Positions 53,403 to 61,675 of a stretch of DNA of 64,000 nt are shown piece after piece. The DNA comes from Rhabdochlamydiaceae bacterium (GTDB lineage: Bacteria; Chlamydiota; Chlamydiia; Chlamydiales; Rhabdochlamydiaceae), in assembly GCA_019745395.1 (NCBI GenBank), contig JAIETG010000010.1:34796-98795 (forward strand), read 5' to 3'. The notes beneath the pieces are model-generated. The model did no database searches. It worked only from the letters and a program-made list of their open reading frames with translations, and had not been told where the DNA came from. A program made the translations under genes and the position numbers. How positions within the stretch are numbered: the stretch's first letter is position 1; the number at the start of each line of letters is the position of its first letter.

Positions 53403-56400
53403 TTAGGAACGAGGGCAAACCCTCAATCCAATAATAGATGGTTCTCCATTGAGATCGACAGCATTACCTTCTAGATCGGATACAAAAGTAAAAGTACGCG
53501 CTAAAATTTCATGACAGATATATTCTTGATAGTGGTGGAAGCACTGCTCTACTTTAGGAGAAGTTTTCATCTCTACAAAAATCCGATCTGTTACTGCAAA
53601 CCCATGCTCTTTTCTCATAAGATTGATCTTATTAACGATTTCTCGAGCCAATCCCTCTTCTTCAAGCTCTGGAGTAAGAGCTGTATCTAAAGCTACAGTA
53701 ATCGCATCTAATGAGTGCGCGACAACTCCTTCCAATACCTTCCTCTCTACACTAATATCCTCTGAAGTCAGAACGATCCTCTCTCCTTCTACCTCTATTT
53801 CTACAGACTGACCTGAGAGGAGTTGTCTTAAATTCTTCTGATCAAAAAGGCGAACCGTTTGATGTACAGCATCCATTTTCTTGCCTACTTTTTTTCCTAA
53901 AAGACGGAAATTCGGCTTTGCTGTAAGGGCGACAAAAGCAGTTTCTTCAGCATGGTAGTGAACTTCTTTTACATTGAGCTCTTCTGCGATCAAATGCTGT
54001 TTTTGGCGTAAAGCAGCTAACGTCTTTGCATCCGATGAAACAACGTGAGCTTTAGAAAGTGGTTGTCTGACTTTGATTTTATGCTCTTTACGAAGAGCAT
54101 GACCACTACTAACCACCGCTTGCACAGCTGCCATCTCCTCTTCTAACGCCACATCTCTCAAGCCAGTATCCTCTTTAGGAAAATCGCAAAGATGAACAGA
54201 AGTAGAATCCTCATTTTTACGAAGCTGCTGATAGATTGCCTCACTTAAAAAAGGAATAAAAGGAGCGGAGATTTTAGCAAGATTGATCAAAACCGTATAC
54301 AAGGTTGCAAAAGCCTCTTCTCGGTCTTGAGACTGCACTTCCGACCAAAAACGACTACGACTTCTGCGAATATACCAATTAGTAAGCTGCTGAATAAATT
54401 CCACAAAAGGGGAAACAGCTTTGCTAAGATCGTAAGCATCCATATGAAATTGCACATCGCAAGTGAGTTTCTGCAATAAAGAAAGGATCCATCGATCAAT
54501 ATCTGCTTCAGGGAGCTTTTGTAAAACAGTCGGCTTCCATTGGTAAATATCGGCATAGGTGGAAAAAAAGATATAACAGTTCCAAAAAGGAATGAGGACT
54601 TGCCTCATAACAAGCTCTACACCTTTTTCTGAAAAACGCAGATCCTCTGCTTGCACAGCCGGGCTGTGCAAAAGATACAGTCTTATCGCATCTGCCCCGT
54701 ACTGGTTAATCACAGCATCAGGCTCTGGATAGTTTTTGAGCCGTTTGGACATTTTAGAGCCATCTTCTGCTAAAAGAATGCCATTGACGATCACGTTCTT
54801 AAAGGCAGGTTTATCAAATAAAGCTGCAGCTAAAACCGTTAATGTATAAAACCATCCCCTGGTTTGATCAAGTCCCTCTGCAATAAAGTCTGCAGGAAAA
54901 GCATCCATCGTCTCAGACTTATTTTCAAAAGGATAATGATTTTGCGCATAGGGCATAGAACCTGATTCAAACCAGCAATCAAATACTTCTGGGACTCTTC
55001 GGAAGATCTCTCCATCTTCTTCAAAAATCAGGTCATCGATAAAATGCCTATGGATATCGGTAATTTTTTGCCCAGTCTTTTTCTCAAGCTCTGCAATAGA
55101 GGAAATAACACGAATATCTCCTTTAACATTTCGCCAAAGTGGGATAGGAGTTCCCCAATATCGATTGCGAGACACAGCCCAGTCTCTAGCGTTTTCAAGC
55201 CACTTTCCAAACCTTCCATGCTGAATATGCTCTGGAACCCAATGAATTTTCTCATTAGCGGCAAGCATTTTATCTTTGATTTTTTCGACAGCGATAAACC
55301 AAGTTCTCACAGCTTTGTAAATCAAAGGAGTGTCTGATCTCCAGCAAAATGGATATCTATGACGAATTTGTCCATGATGAAAGACTTTCCCTTCCCCTTT
55401 GAGCCGCTTGATAATCTCTTTATCCGCATCTTTCACATAAGTTCCCTTTAAATCAGAAACTTCTTCTGTAAAGCGTCCATTAGAATCTACAGGACAAACA
55501 AGCTCAATACCAGCTTTCAAACAAGCATAAAAGTCTGTTTCACCAAAAGCTGGTGCTGCATGTACAAATCCTGTCCCCTCTTCGCTAGAAACATCGTCAT
55601 CTAAAAGGATTTGAAAGGCGCCCTCACTCATTTTGTCTGCAAAATAAGGAAGCAGTGGATGGTAACTTTGCCCCGCAAGCTTTTCGCCTGATATACGCTC
55701 GATCACTTCATACGCATCTTCAGATTTAAAATACCTTGGCAAAGAGCTTTCTGCCAAAAGATAACAAGATCCAGTTTCTTTTACATGGACCTTTGCATAC
55801 AAAATTTCCTTATGAGCTAAGATCGCTAAATTGGAAGGAAGAGTCCACGGGGTTGTCGTCCAAACGAGCAAATGCACTTTTGGATCTTCTTTCAATGCAA
55901 AAAGAACAGTTAAGGATGGATCATCTACGTCTTTGTAATTTAAATTCGCTTCAAAGTTAGAAAGAGGCGTTCCCAATTTCGCCGAAAAAGGCATTACTTT
56001 AAACCCTTCATATACAAGACCTTTTTCATAGAGCTGTCCAAAAACCCACCAAACAGACTCCATAAAAGACATATCCATCGTGTGGTACGTCCCATCAAAA
56101 GAAACCCAGCGTCCCATCCGATCGACGGTGCGCTTCCACTGTTCTGTATATCGTAAGACAATAGATCTACACTCTTCATTGAATTCTGGGATTCCAAAAC
56201 GCTCAATAGCAGAAGCTCCTGATAGTTCATTGGCTTTTTCAATCTCATTTTCGACAGGAAGGCCGTGGCAATCCCATCCAAAGCGTCTTGGGACATAAAA
56301 GCCCTTCATAGCTTTGTAACGAGGCAATACGTCTTTGATGGTTCCAGCCAAAATATGCCCATAGTGTGGAAGGCCTGTGGCAAAAGGAGGTCCGTCATAA

Positions 56401-56546
56401 AAAGAAAATAAAGGAGATCCCTTTCTTTGCTCCAAGGATTTTTCAAAAATTTTCTGAGACTTCCAGAATGCGAGGACTCTTTCTTCTCTATGAGGGAATG
56501 ACTCTTGTTGTTTATGTTCGAACATATTATTGCCGCTTTTTTTCAT
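53403..56546 (-). CDS. ileS: Isoleucine--tRNA ligase, type 2 (eukaryote-like)
   Basis: HIGH box PHYGHILAG, KMSKS box KMSKRLKNYPEP, CP1 editing domain, 1047 aa. Confidence 0.95.
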   Translation of the reverse strand: MKKSGNNMFEHKQQESFPHREERVLAFWKSQKIFEKSLEQRKGSPLFSFYDGPPFATGLPHYGHILAGTIKDVLPRYKAMKGFYVPRRFGWDCHGLPVENEIEKANELSGASAIERFGIPEFNEECRSIVLRYTEQWKRTVDRMGRWVSFDGTYHTMDMSFMESVWWVFGQLYEKGLVYEGFKVMPFSAKLGTPLSNFEANLNYKDVDDPSLTVLFALKEDPKVHLLVWTTTPWTLPSNLAILAHKEILYAKVHVKETGSCYLLAESSLPRYFKSEDAYEVIERISGEKLAGQSYHPLLPYFADKMSEGAFQILLDDDVSSEEGTGFVHAAPAFGETDFYACLKAGIELVCPVDSNGRFTEEVSDLKGTYVKDADKEIIKRLKGEGKVFHHGQIRHRYPFCWRSDTPLIYKAVRTWFIAVEKIKDKMLAANEKIHWVPEHIQHGRFGKWLENARDWAVSRNRYWGTPIPLWRNVKGDIRVISSIAELEKKTGQKITDIHRHFIDDLIFEEDGEIFRRVPEVFDCWFESGSMPYAQNHYPFENKSETMDAFPADFIAEGLDQTRGWFYTLTVLAAALFDKPAFKNVIVNGILLAEDGSKMSKRLKNYPEPDAVINQYGADAIRLYLLHSPAVQAEDLRFSEKGVELVMRQVLIPFWNCYIFFSTYADIYQWKPTVLQKLPEADIDRWILSLLQKLTCDVQFHMDAYDLSKAVSPFVEFIQQLTNWYIRRSRSRFWSEVQSQDREEAFATLYTVLINLAKISAPFIPFLSEAIYQQLRKNEDSTSVHLCDFPKEDTGLRDVALEEEMAAVQAVVSSGHALRKEHKIKVRQPLSKAHVVSSDAKTLAALRQKQHLIAEELNVKEVHYHAEETAFVALTAKPNFRLLGKKVGKKMDAVHQTVRLFDQKNLRQLLSGQSVEIEVEGERIVLTSEDISVERKVLEGVVAHSLDAITVALDTALTPELEEEGLAREIVNKINLMRKEHGFAVTDRIFVEMKTSPKVEQCFHHYQEYICHEILARTFTFVSDLEGNAVDLNGEPSIIGLRVCPRS

Positions 56547-56678
56547 AAGATTTTGTATAGGAATGTTATCTTATAAAACCCTTATCTTTCTAGAGGAATA
56601 AAAATACAGGGCAAAAAAACAGCCATTGACGCAAAAAAGCTTCCCATGGGAAGATAGATTCCCTATAGTAAAGATCTC

Positions 56679-57048
56679 GGGGGTGTACTGGTTTCGACTT
56701 GGAAATGAAGTAACGGTGGCATGCGGAGGTTGTTGGATGGCCTCCTTAAAAATCCAACAAAAACAATAATTGTCGAAACTAATGTTTACGATACGGAGTT
56801 AGCTGCTTAATAGCAGTTAATACCCGATAGCTTAAAACCTGACCAGGAGTTTTAAAACTATCGTCATTGACCCTGGTATGACCCTCAGCGTTTACCCTTT
56901 TTAAGCTGGGAAGTCGAGATCGCTAAGTAAGGGATCTAATCCGTAGAGGGGCGTCTTCCTTCAAGGTTAGTATTATCAGGAGGCGATAAGCATGTAGTCA
57001 TTGTTATAGAGTTTGCTAAGGACGAGAGTTCGATTCTCTCCACCTCCA
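56679..57048 (+). ncRNA. ssrA: tmRNA (SsrA)
   Basis: 5' GGGGGUGUACUGGUUUCGAC. 3' GGACGAGAGUUCGAUUCUCUCCACCUCCA (T-arm plus acceptor). The acceptor helix GGGGGUG/CACCUCC has the G3-U Ala identity pair. The internal tag frame ends ...VYDTELAA, followed by the double stop TAA TAG (~56808-56813). Confidence 0.9.
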
Positions 57049-58506
57049 ATTGCTTGGACACTCTTTGTATCCAATCATGGCATTAAACGGCTCACACACC
57101 TGTGTGAGCATGTTTTTACCATCTAATTTCAAGTTCTGAAACATCAAATTCAAAAGTTGTCGTTTTTCATCCACTTCAGAACTTTCGAATAGCTCCCTTG
57201 CACGAGATGCCAATTTTAGCACCATATTCGCTGTTATATAGAAGTTCTGGTCAGCAGTCTCATGCCTCTTCATTTCCTCTATAAGCTCAACCTGCCGAGC
57301 TTTGTATTCTTTGACCTTTTCGAGGTACATTACCTCATCAATGACTCCATCCAGCTTATCATCATAAATCTGGCTAATGCGTCGTTGTACTCGATCCTGC
57401 TCCTTCCGAAGTGCGGTCATGCTTTCCTTATGAAATCGAGCCTCAGAATGATGAATTTCCCTCAGATACTCAGTAATCGTTACAATCTGTTCTTCATTGA
57501 GGGCAATATGGTCAAAATATTCTAATAAAGGCTTTAACAGCTCTTCCTCTCGAACGTAGACCCTTTTACATCCGCCTTTCCCATTTGTGCAGCTATAGTA
57601 AATGTATTGTTTCTTTTTGATCTCTGGAGTCACCACACACCCGCAATGAGCGCAGGTGATCATTCCTTTTAAAATAAACGGCTTTGCCCTTGTTTTGTGA
57701 GGCTTTGACTGATACCCATCAATGATCTCCTGAACCCTCTTAAAAGTTCCAGGAGTCGTGAGACATTCGTAGTAGTGACTCACTACTCCATATTTGGTTT
57801 CCATGGTTCCGGCATAGAAAGGCTTCTTCAACAGCTTATTGATTTGAGATATTGCTAAAGGCTTTCCGTTCTTTGCACGAACCCCCATAGCAGTCAATTC
57901 TTCCTGCACCTTCCGCAGGGAATAACTTCCAGTCGCATAGAGTTCAAACATTTTAGTAATAAAAGGAGCTAAAGCAGGATCAGGTATGATCGTCTTATTC
58001 CCTTGTTCATCTACAGAATGAATATATCCTGTGGGAGCCAGCCCCATCCAAATACCGTTTCTAGCAGATTGCTCTTTAGCTCTTTTGATATTATCGCTCA
58101 GCTGAAGCACATACGACCTCGCGAACATCACACCCATATCCCAGCGAAGAATATCTGAGCTATTCGATTTCAAGTTGAGAACAAGCCCTTCACGAATGAA
58201 GTGAATCTCCACCTTACCTTCTTTTCGAAGGTCCTCCAATACAACCGACTCCTTAAAACCACGTTGAACTCTATCAACCGTATCAGCTACAAGGGCGATC
58301 GGCTCTTTTGACTTTTGGATTAGCTCCAAGATTTTTTGAAATTCTTTTCGGGTATCTTTAGTCGAAGACTCTGCAATAGCAAAAACCTGATAAACTTGAA
58401 GCCCTTTCCGCATGGCATATTCTTGAAGCCTACGTTCTTGCGCTGGAATACTCATTCCTTCTTGCTGTTCTCTAGAGGACACGCGAGCTAATAAAATTGC
58501 TTTCAT
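57016..58506 (-). CDS. Large serine recombinase (integrase)
   Basis: N-terminal resolvase domain MKAILLARVSSREQ (catalytic Ser), recombinase domain, zinc ribbon CAHCGC...YYSCTNGKGGCKR, coiled-coil region. The last ~11 codons (WRWRESNSRP) are the reverse complement of the tmRNA T-arm and acceptor. Confidence 0.9.
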   Translation of the reverse strand: MKAILLARVSSREQQEGMSIPAQERRLQEYAMRKGLQVYQVFAIAESSTKDTRKEFQKILELIQKSKEPIALVADTVDRVQRGFKESVVLEDLRKEGKVEIHFIREGLVLNLKSNSSDILRWDMGVMFARSYVLQLSDNIKRAKEQSARNGIWMGLAPTGYIHSVDEQGNKTIIPDPALAPFITKMFELYATGSYSLRKVQEELTAMGVRAKNGKPLAISQINKLLKKPFYAGTMETKYGVVSHYYECLTTPGTFKRVQEIIDGYQSKPHKTRAKPFILKGMITCAHCGCVVTPEIKKKQYIYYSCTNGKGGCKRVYVREEELLKPLLEYFDHIALNEEQIVTITEYLREIHHSEARFHKESMTALRKEQDRVQRRISQIYDDKLDGVIDEVMYLEKVKEYKARQVELIEEMKRHETADQNFYITANMVLKLASRARELFESSEVDEKRQLLNLMFQNLKLDGKNMLTQVCEPFNAMIGYKECPSNWRWRESNSRP

Positions 58507-58509
58507 AGC

Positions 58510-58704
58510 CTACCCTTGAGCTGGAGCAGCAATTACATTAAGAAGCTTTTCCAGATCAATTTTCTTATAAAGACGATACTGATTATTAGGATTGCGATGA
58601 GCCTTAAGCTTCCCTAGCTTTTCCCAATTTCTGAGAGTACCCGGAGAAACACCTAAAAGGGCTGCTGCGTCTTTAATTTTGAGATATTCATCTATCTTAT
58701 GCAT
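58510..58704 (-). CDS. MerR/excisionase-type HTH DNA-binding protein (64 aa)
   Basis: LKIKDAAALLGVSPGTLRNWEKLGKLKAHRNPNNQYRLYKKIDLEKLL is a MerR-N/Xis-like HTH. It lies 4 nt upstream of the recombinase gene. Confidence 0.75.
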   Translation of the reverse strand: MHKIDEYLKIKDAAALLGVSPGTLRNWEKLGKLKAHRNPNNQYRLYKKIDLEKLLNVIAAPAQG

Positions 58705-58806
58705 CGTATGTTAGCTCCAATAAAATTAGAAACAATATCAAAGATTATAAAACCCTACAATCAAAGACATCTTTTGAAAGTGTTTTTTTGCGAAACAAAC
58801 CCATTT

Positions 58807-59283
58807 TTAGCTAACTATTGAGAGACTTTCATCCCGTCTTTCCTCCTGAAGAGTTCTCAATTCCTTAAGTGCACGATATAGAAAATTTTCTAAAGACCGT
58901 TCATACCTCGATAAAACAACCATACTCGCAGATGAGCTACCGCTAAATACCTCTCGGTAAGAATAATCGTTAAAATAGTCGCTTTTTTCTTTTTCAAAGA
59001 TGAGGGTTTCAACGTGCACAATCCGTCTTAATCTCCATGCTGTAGAAATTACTCTATCTGCTAGAAAACTCTCCAAATTGCCTCGAGGAAATAAATTCTG
59101 AAGAATACTCTCACGAAAATCTTCATACACTTCCCTTTCTTCCTGGTTAATCAATACCTGAGAAGAGAGAATACCGTGCTTCACTGCATTCTGAGCAACA
59201 ACAGCCCTGCCCTGAATAGAAATAGGACCTGTTGATTTTTTAGCATTATTTCGATTTGCTTCAATTTGTTTGGTTGTAGTCAT
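58807..59283 (-). CDS. Hypothetical protein (island-borne)
   Basis: The track ORF starts at 59319. The ATG at ~59283 (MTTTKQIEANRNNAKKSTGP...) has AAGGAGGG upstream and is preferred. No motif recognised. Confidence 0.5.
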   Translation of the reverse strand: MTTTKQIEANRNNAKKSTGPISIQGRAVVAQNAVKHGILSSQVLINQEEREVYEDFRESILQNLFPRGNLESFLADRVISTAWRLRRIVHVETLIFEKEKSDYFNDYSYREVFSGSSSASMVVLSRYERSLENFLYRALKELRTLQEERRDESLSIVS

Positions 59284-59346
59284 CTTCACCCTCCTTTGTG
59301 GTGTCTGTCTGTCTTGCACCCTTAGGGAAAAGACAGACGGACATAC

Positions 59347-61074
59347 TTATTTCTTCCCTTTAACCTCCGGCAAATCACCTTTTTCCCGAGCCTTTTTAAC
59401 TAGTCCTTCTATTTTTGCCTTTGATACCTCTAGTTCCTTAGCAAGCTCTCTATATGATTTCTTTTTTAGAATGCCCTCAATAACTTCATCATATAGATCA
59501 TCTTGTACTTCTTGTATTTTCCAACAAAGAGCCCCATTCTCATCGCTCGCTAGATTGGCTATGAATGGTTCCGCATCATCGCCAAAAAAGCTTCTCGCTT
59601 TTTCGATATGTACCTCAAAAGAAGCCCCTTCAGAAAAAGCATAGCTGTCACTGTGTTTAAGCTTGATCACAGTATCAAGAGCATCCTCTCTTCGGCTTGT
59701 ACCTCTTGGTCTACCACTACGCCCAGCGTGATGAACAAGCAACACACTCACACCTTTTGTTCTAAGTTTTAAAATCCATGTTTGAATTGGAGCCCAAGCA
59801 TCGGCTTCGTTTTCTTGCATACCAGGCGCTAATGTAGAAAGATTGTCTAATATGACAAGCTTTGCATCCCATATTACGGCTTCTATAAGCTTTTGCCCAT
59901 ATTCCGTAGAAATATCCGGTATCCCATTTTCCTGGCGCTCGGGAGTAATCAGACGGAAATACGAAGGGTCTTTTAAATCGACTCCAAAGCCTGCTATGAG
60001 CTTTGTCATCCGATCCTGCATTAAATTTGCCGGCATTTCTCCATCTACATAGAGAACTTTAACTGATGTCTCGCACTTCCATTTAAGGAAAGAGGTACCG
60101 CTAGCAATGGCATAACCAATAGAAAGAGCTAAAAAGGTTTTTCCCACCCCCCGTTCGCTATATAGAAGTGCTAATCCTTGCGAAGGAATAATCGGTTCCA
60201 AAATCATTTTTCTTTCAGGAAAAGTCGTGGCCAAAAACTCTTGAATATTAAGCGTCACTAATCCCTGAGCAACACTTTCATTTTCGACTTGGAATTCCTC
60301 TGTTTTTTCAACTAATTCAAACAGTTTTTTTATCGTATGCCCATCGCGAAGCCAATCAGAGATATCTTGACCGCTTTTTTCCTGAAATTCTAATCCTGGA
60401 AGCTTTACGACTTTAACCCTCGCAACCTTTCCTTCTAAAAGGGATAACCATTGATCTCGACGCTTATGGCCAGCAGAGTCCTCATCGTAAAGAAGCACTA
60501 TGTCGCTACCTTTCAACTGGTCCACATATTCCCCTCGAAGACTAGAACCGGCTCCTTCAATTGGGGTGGTTGCGATAATCCCATGCAAGCGAAGCCTCTC
60601 AGCATCTTTTTCTCCTTCAACGAGAAATATTGACGTCCCCATTTCCTTTGCTTTGAGCACTTCTGGAAGATGATAAAGAACCCTCTGATCGCATTTTAAC
60701 CCTTTTTTCCATGCTCCAGATGCAGAATAGGTGGAAATATAGAACTTCTTATCTTCAGTCCTGATCTTTTTATAGAGGGGCTTTCCTGCCTCATCCTGAT
60801 AGATATATTCTATCCCGCCATCAGCATATTCCTGAATTTTGTCACGTTCAGGAAACAATGCAGTCATCTCGAGCCCGATAGCATTACAAATCTCCTCTGC
60901 GGCACAACCCGCAAAACACTTCAATAAAATTTTTCCATTAGAAGCTTCAGCTATCGATAAGCTTGGACTGGTATCTCTATGTGCAGGACAAAGTGTGCTA
61001 AACCCATCACCCACTCTTTTTGCTGATGAGCCTACTTTAGACTCTAGACATTGTAAAAAATCACCTATATACAT
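59347..61074 (-). CDS. Primase-helicase: Zn-binding primase motif, Toprim and RecA-like (RepA/AAA_25-type) ATPase
   Basis: CPAHRDTSPSLSI...CFAGC zinc motif. Toprim IFLVEGEKDAERL ... LLYDEDSAGHKR. Walker A SERGVGKTF. Walker B LVILDNLSTL. The track ORF extends to 61146 but would then overlap the upstream gene by 47 nt; the ATG at ~61074 (MYIGDF) avoids this. Confidence 0.85.
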   Translation of the reverse strand: MYIGDFLQCLESKVGSSAKRVGDGFSTLCPAHRDTSPSLSIAEASNGKILLKCFAGCAAEEICNAIGLEMTALFPERDKIQEYADGGIEYIYQDEAGKPLYKKIRTEDKKFYISTYSASGAWKKGLKCDQRVLYHLPEVLKAKEMGTSIFLVEGEKDAERLRLHGIIATTPIEGAGSSLRGEYVDQLKGSDIVLLYDEDSAGHKRRDQWLSLLEGKVARVKVVKLPGLEFQEKSGQDISDWLRDGHTIKKLFELVEKTEEFQVENESVAQGLVTLNIQEFLATTFPERKMILEPIIPSQGLALLYSERGVGKTFLALSIGYAIASGTSFLKWKCETSVKVLYVDGEMPANLMQDRMTKLIAGFGVDLKDPSYFRLITPERQENGIPDISTEYGQKLIEAVIWDAKLVILDNLSTLAPGMQENEADAWAPIQTWILKLRTKGVSVLLVHHAGRSGRPRGTSRREDALDTVIKLKHSDSYAFSEGASFEVHIEKARSFFGDDAEPFIANLASDENGALCWKIQEVQDDLYDEVIEGILKKKSYRELAKELEVSKAKIEGLVKKAREKGDLPEVKGKK

Positions 61075-61099
61075 TTTTAATACATCCTTTTTAAATCCG

Positions 61100-61363
61100 T
61101 TAATAATCAAAGATTTCCTTTGCTTTATTGAAAATACACCTCTCAATTTCTTTGCTTAAATTTGGAGAAATCGGGTGAAACAATGGCTCTTTAAGAGAAC
61201 TTCCTGAGCGTGTTGGATAAGTTAATCGATATCCGCCACCATCCTTGCGCATGTGAATAGCAATCGAATGAAGCACTAGCTGCTCATCTATCTCCACCAC
61301 TGCAAATCCGATGAGACCCTGTTGAGGACGAATGGGAATGATCTCTACTTTTGATATCTTCAT
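61100..61363 (-). CDS. SpoVG-family protein
   Basis: MKISKVEIIPIRPQQGLIGFAVVEIDEQLVLHSIAIHMRKDGGGYRLTYPTR...LFHPIS parallels SpoVG (M.vTdVrl......g.....A.asit.d..fvvhdirvi.g..G.fvamPs.r.......d..HPI). AGAGG RBS. Confidence 0.65.
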   Translation of the reverse strand: MKISKVEIIPIRPQQGLIGFAVVEIDEQLVLHSIAIHMRKDGGGYRLTYPTRSGSSLKEPLFHPISPNLSKEIERCIFNKAKEIFDY

Positions 61364-61675
61364 TGTTACCTCTTTTTTGACGCTCTAACCGAAGATCAAT
61401 ATCCATCAGCAATCCAAAGAATCGATTCAATCTCTCCGATTCTTGGTTCTCGCTAAGCGGATATGAATTTCCAGTTTTGTTTTTAAGCATGCCTTCATCG
61501 TAACACCCCATTTCTCAAAAATAGGCTTTACGTGAACGAACGTGAAAATTCACATTGCTTAGAGGTGTAATCGTGGAATTAAAAATTTAATTAATTAGAC
61601 GTTGAGATAGCTCTACCTACTTCATGGACAACAAGATAGAAATAAGGTATATTGTAACCTTTATTAAGGTTGGAT

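Noticed and set aside
56600-56678. Promoter for ssrA (TTGACG at ~56626; TATAGT ~9 nt before the mature 5' end)
   Set aside because: Neither hexamer has a good partner at 16-18 nt spacing, and the mature 5' end is made by RNase P, so the TSS cannot be inferred from sequence alone.
61284-61511. 75-aa minus-strand ORF upstream of and overlapping the SpoVG-like gene
   Set aside because: Its last ~27 codons overlap the SpoVG-like gene in another frame, and it has no convincing RBS. Only the first ~49 codons could be a separate small gene, which is unsupported.
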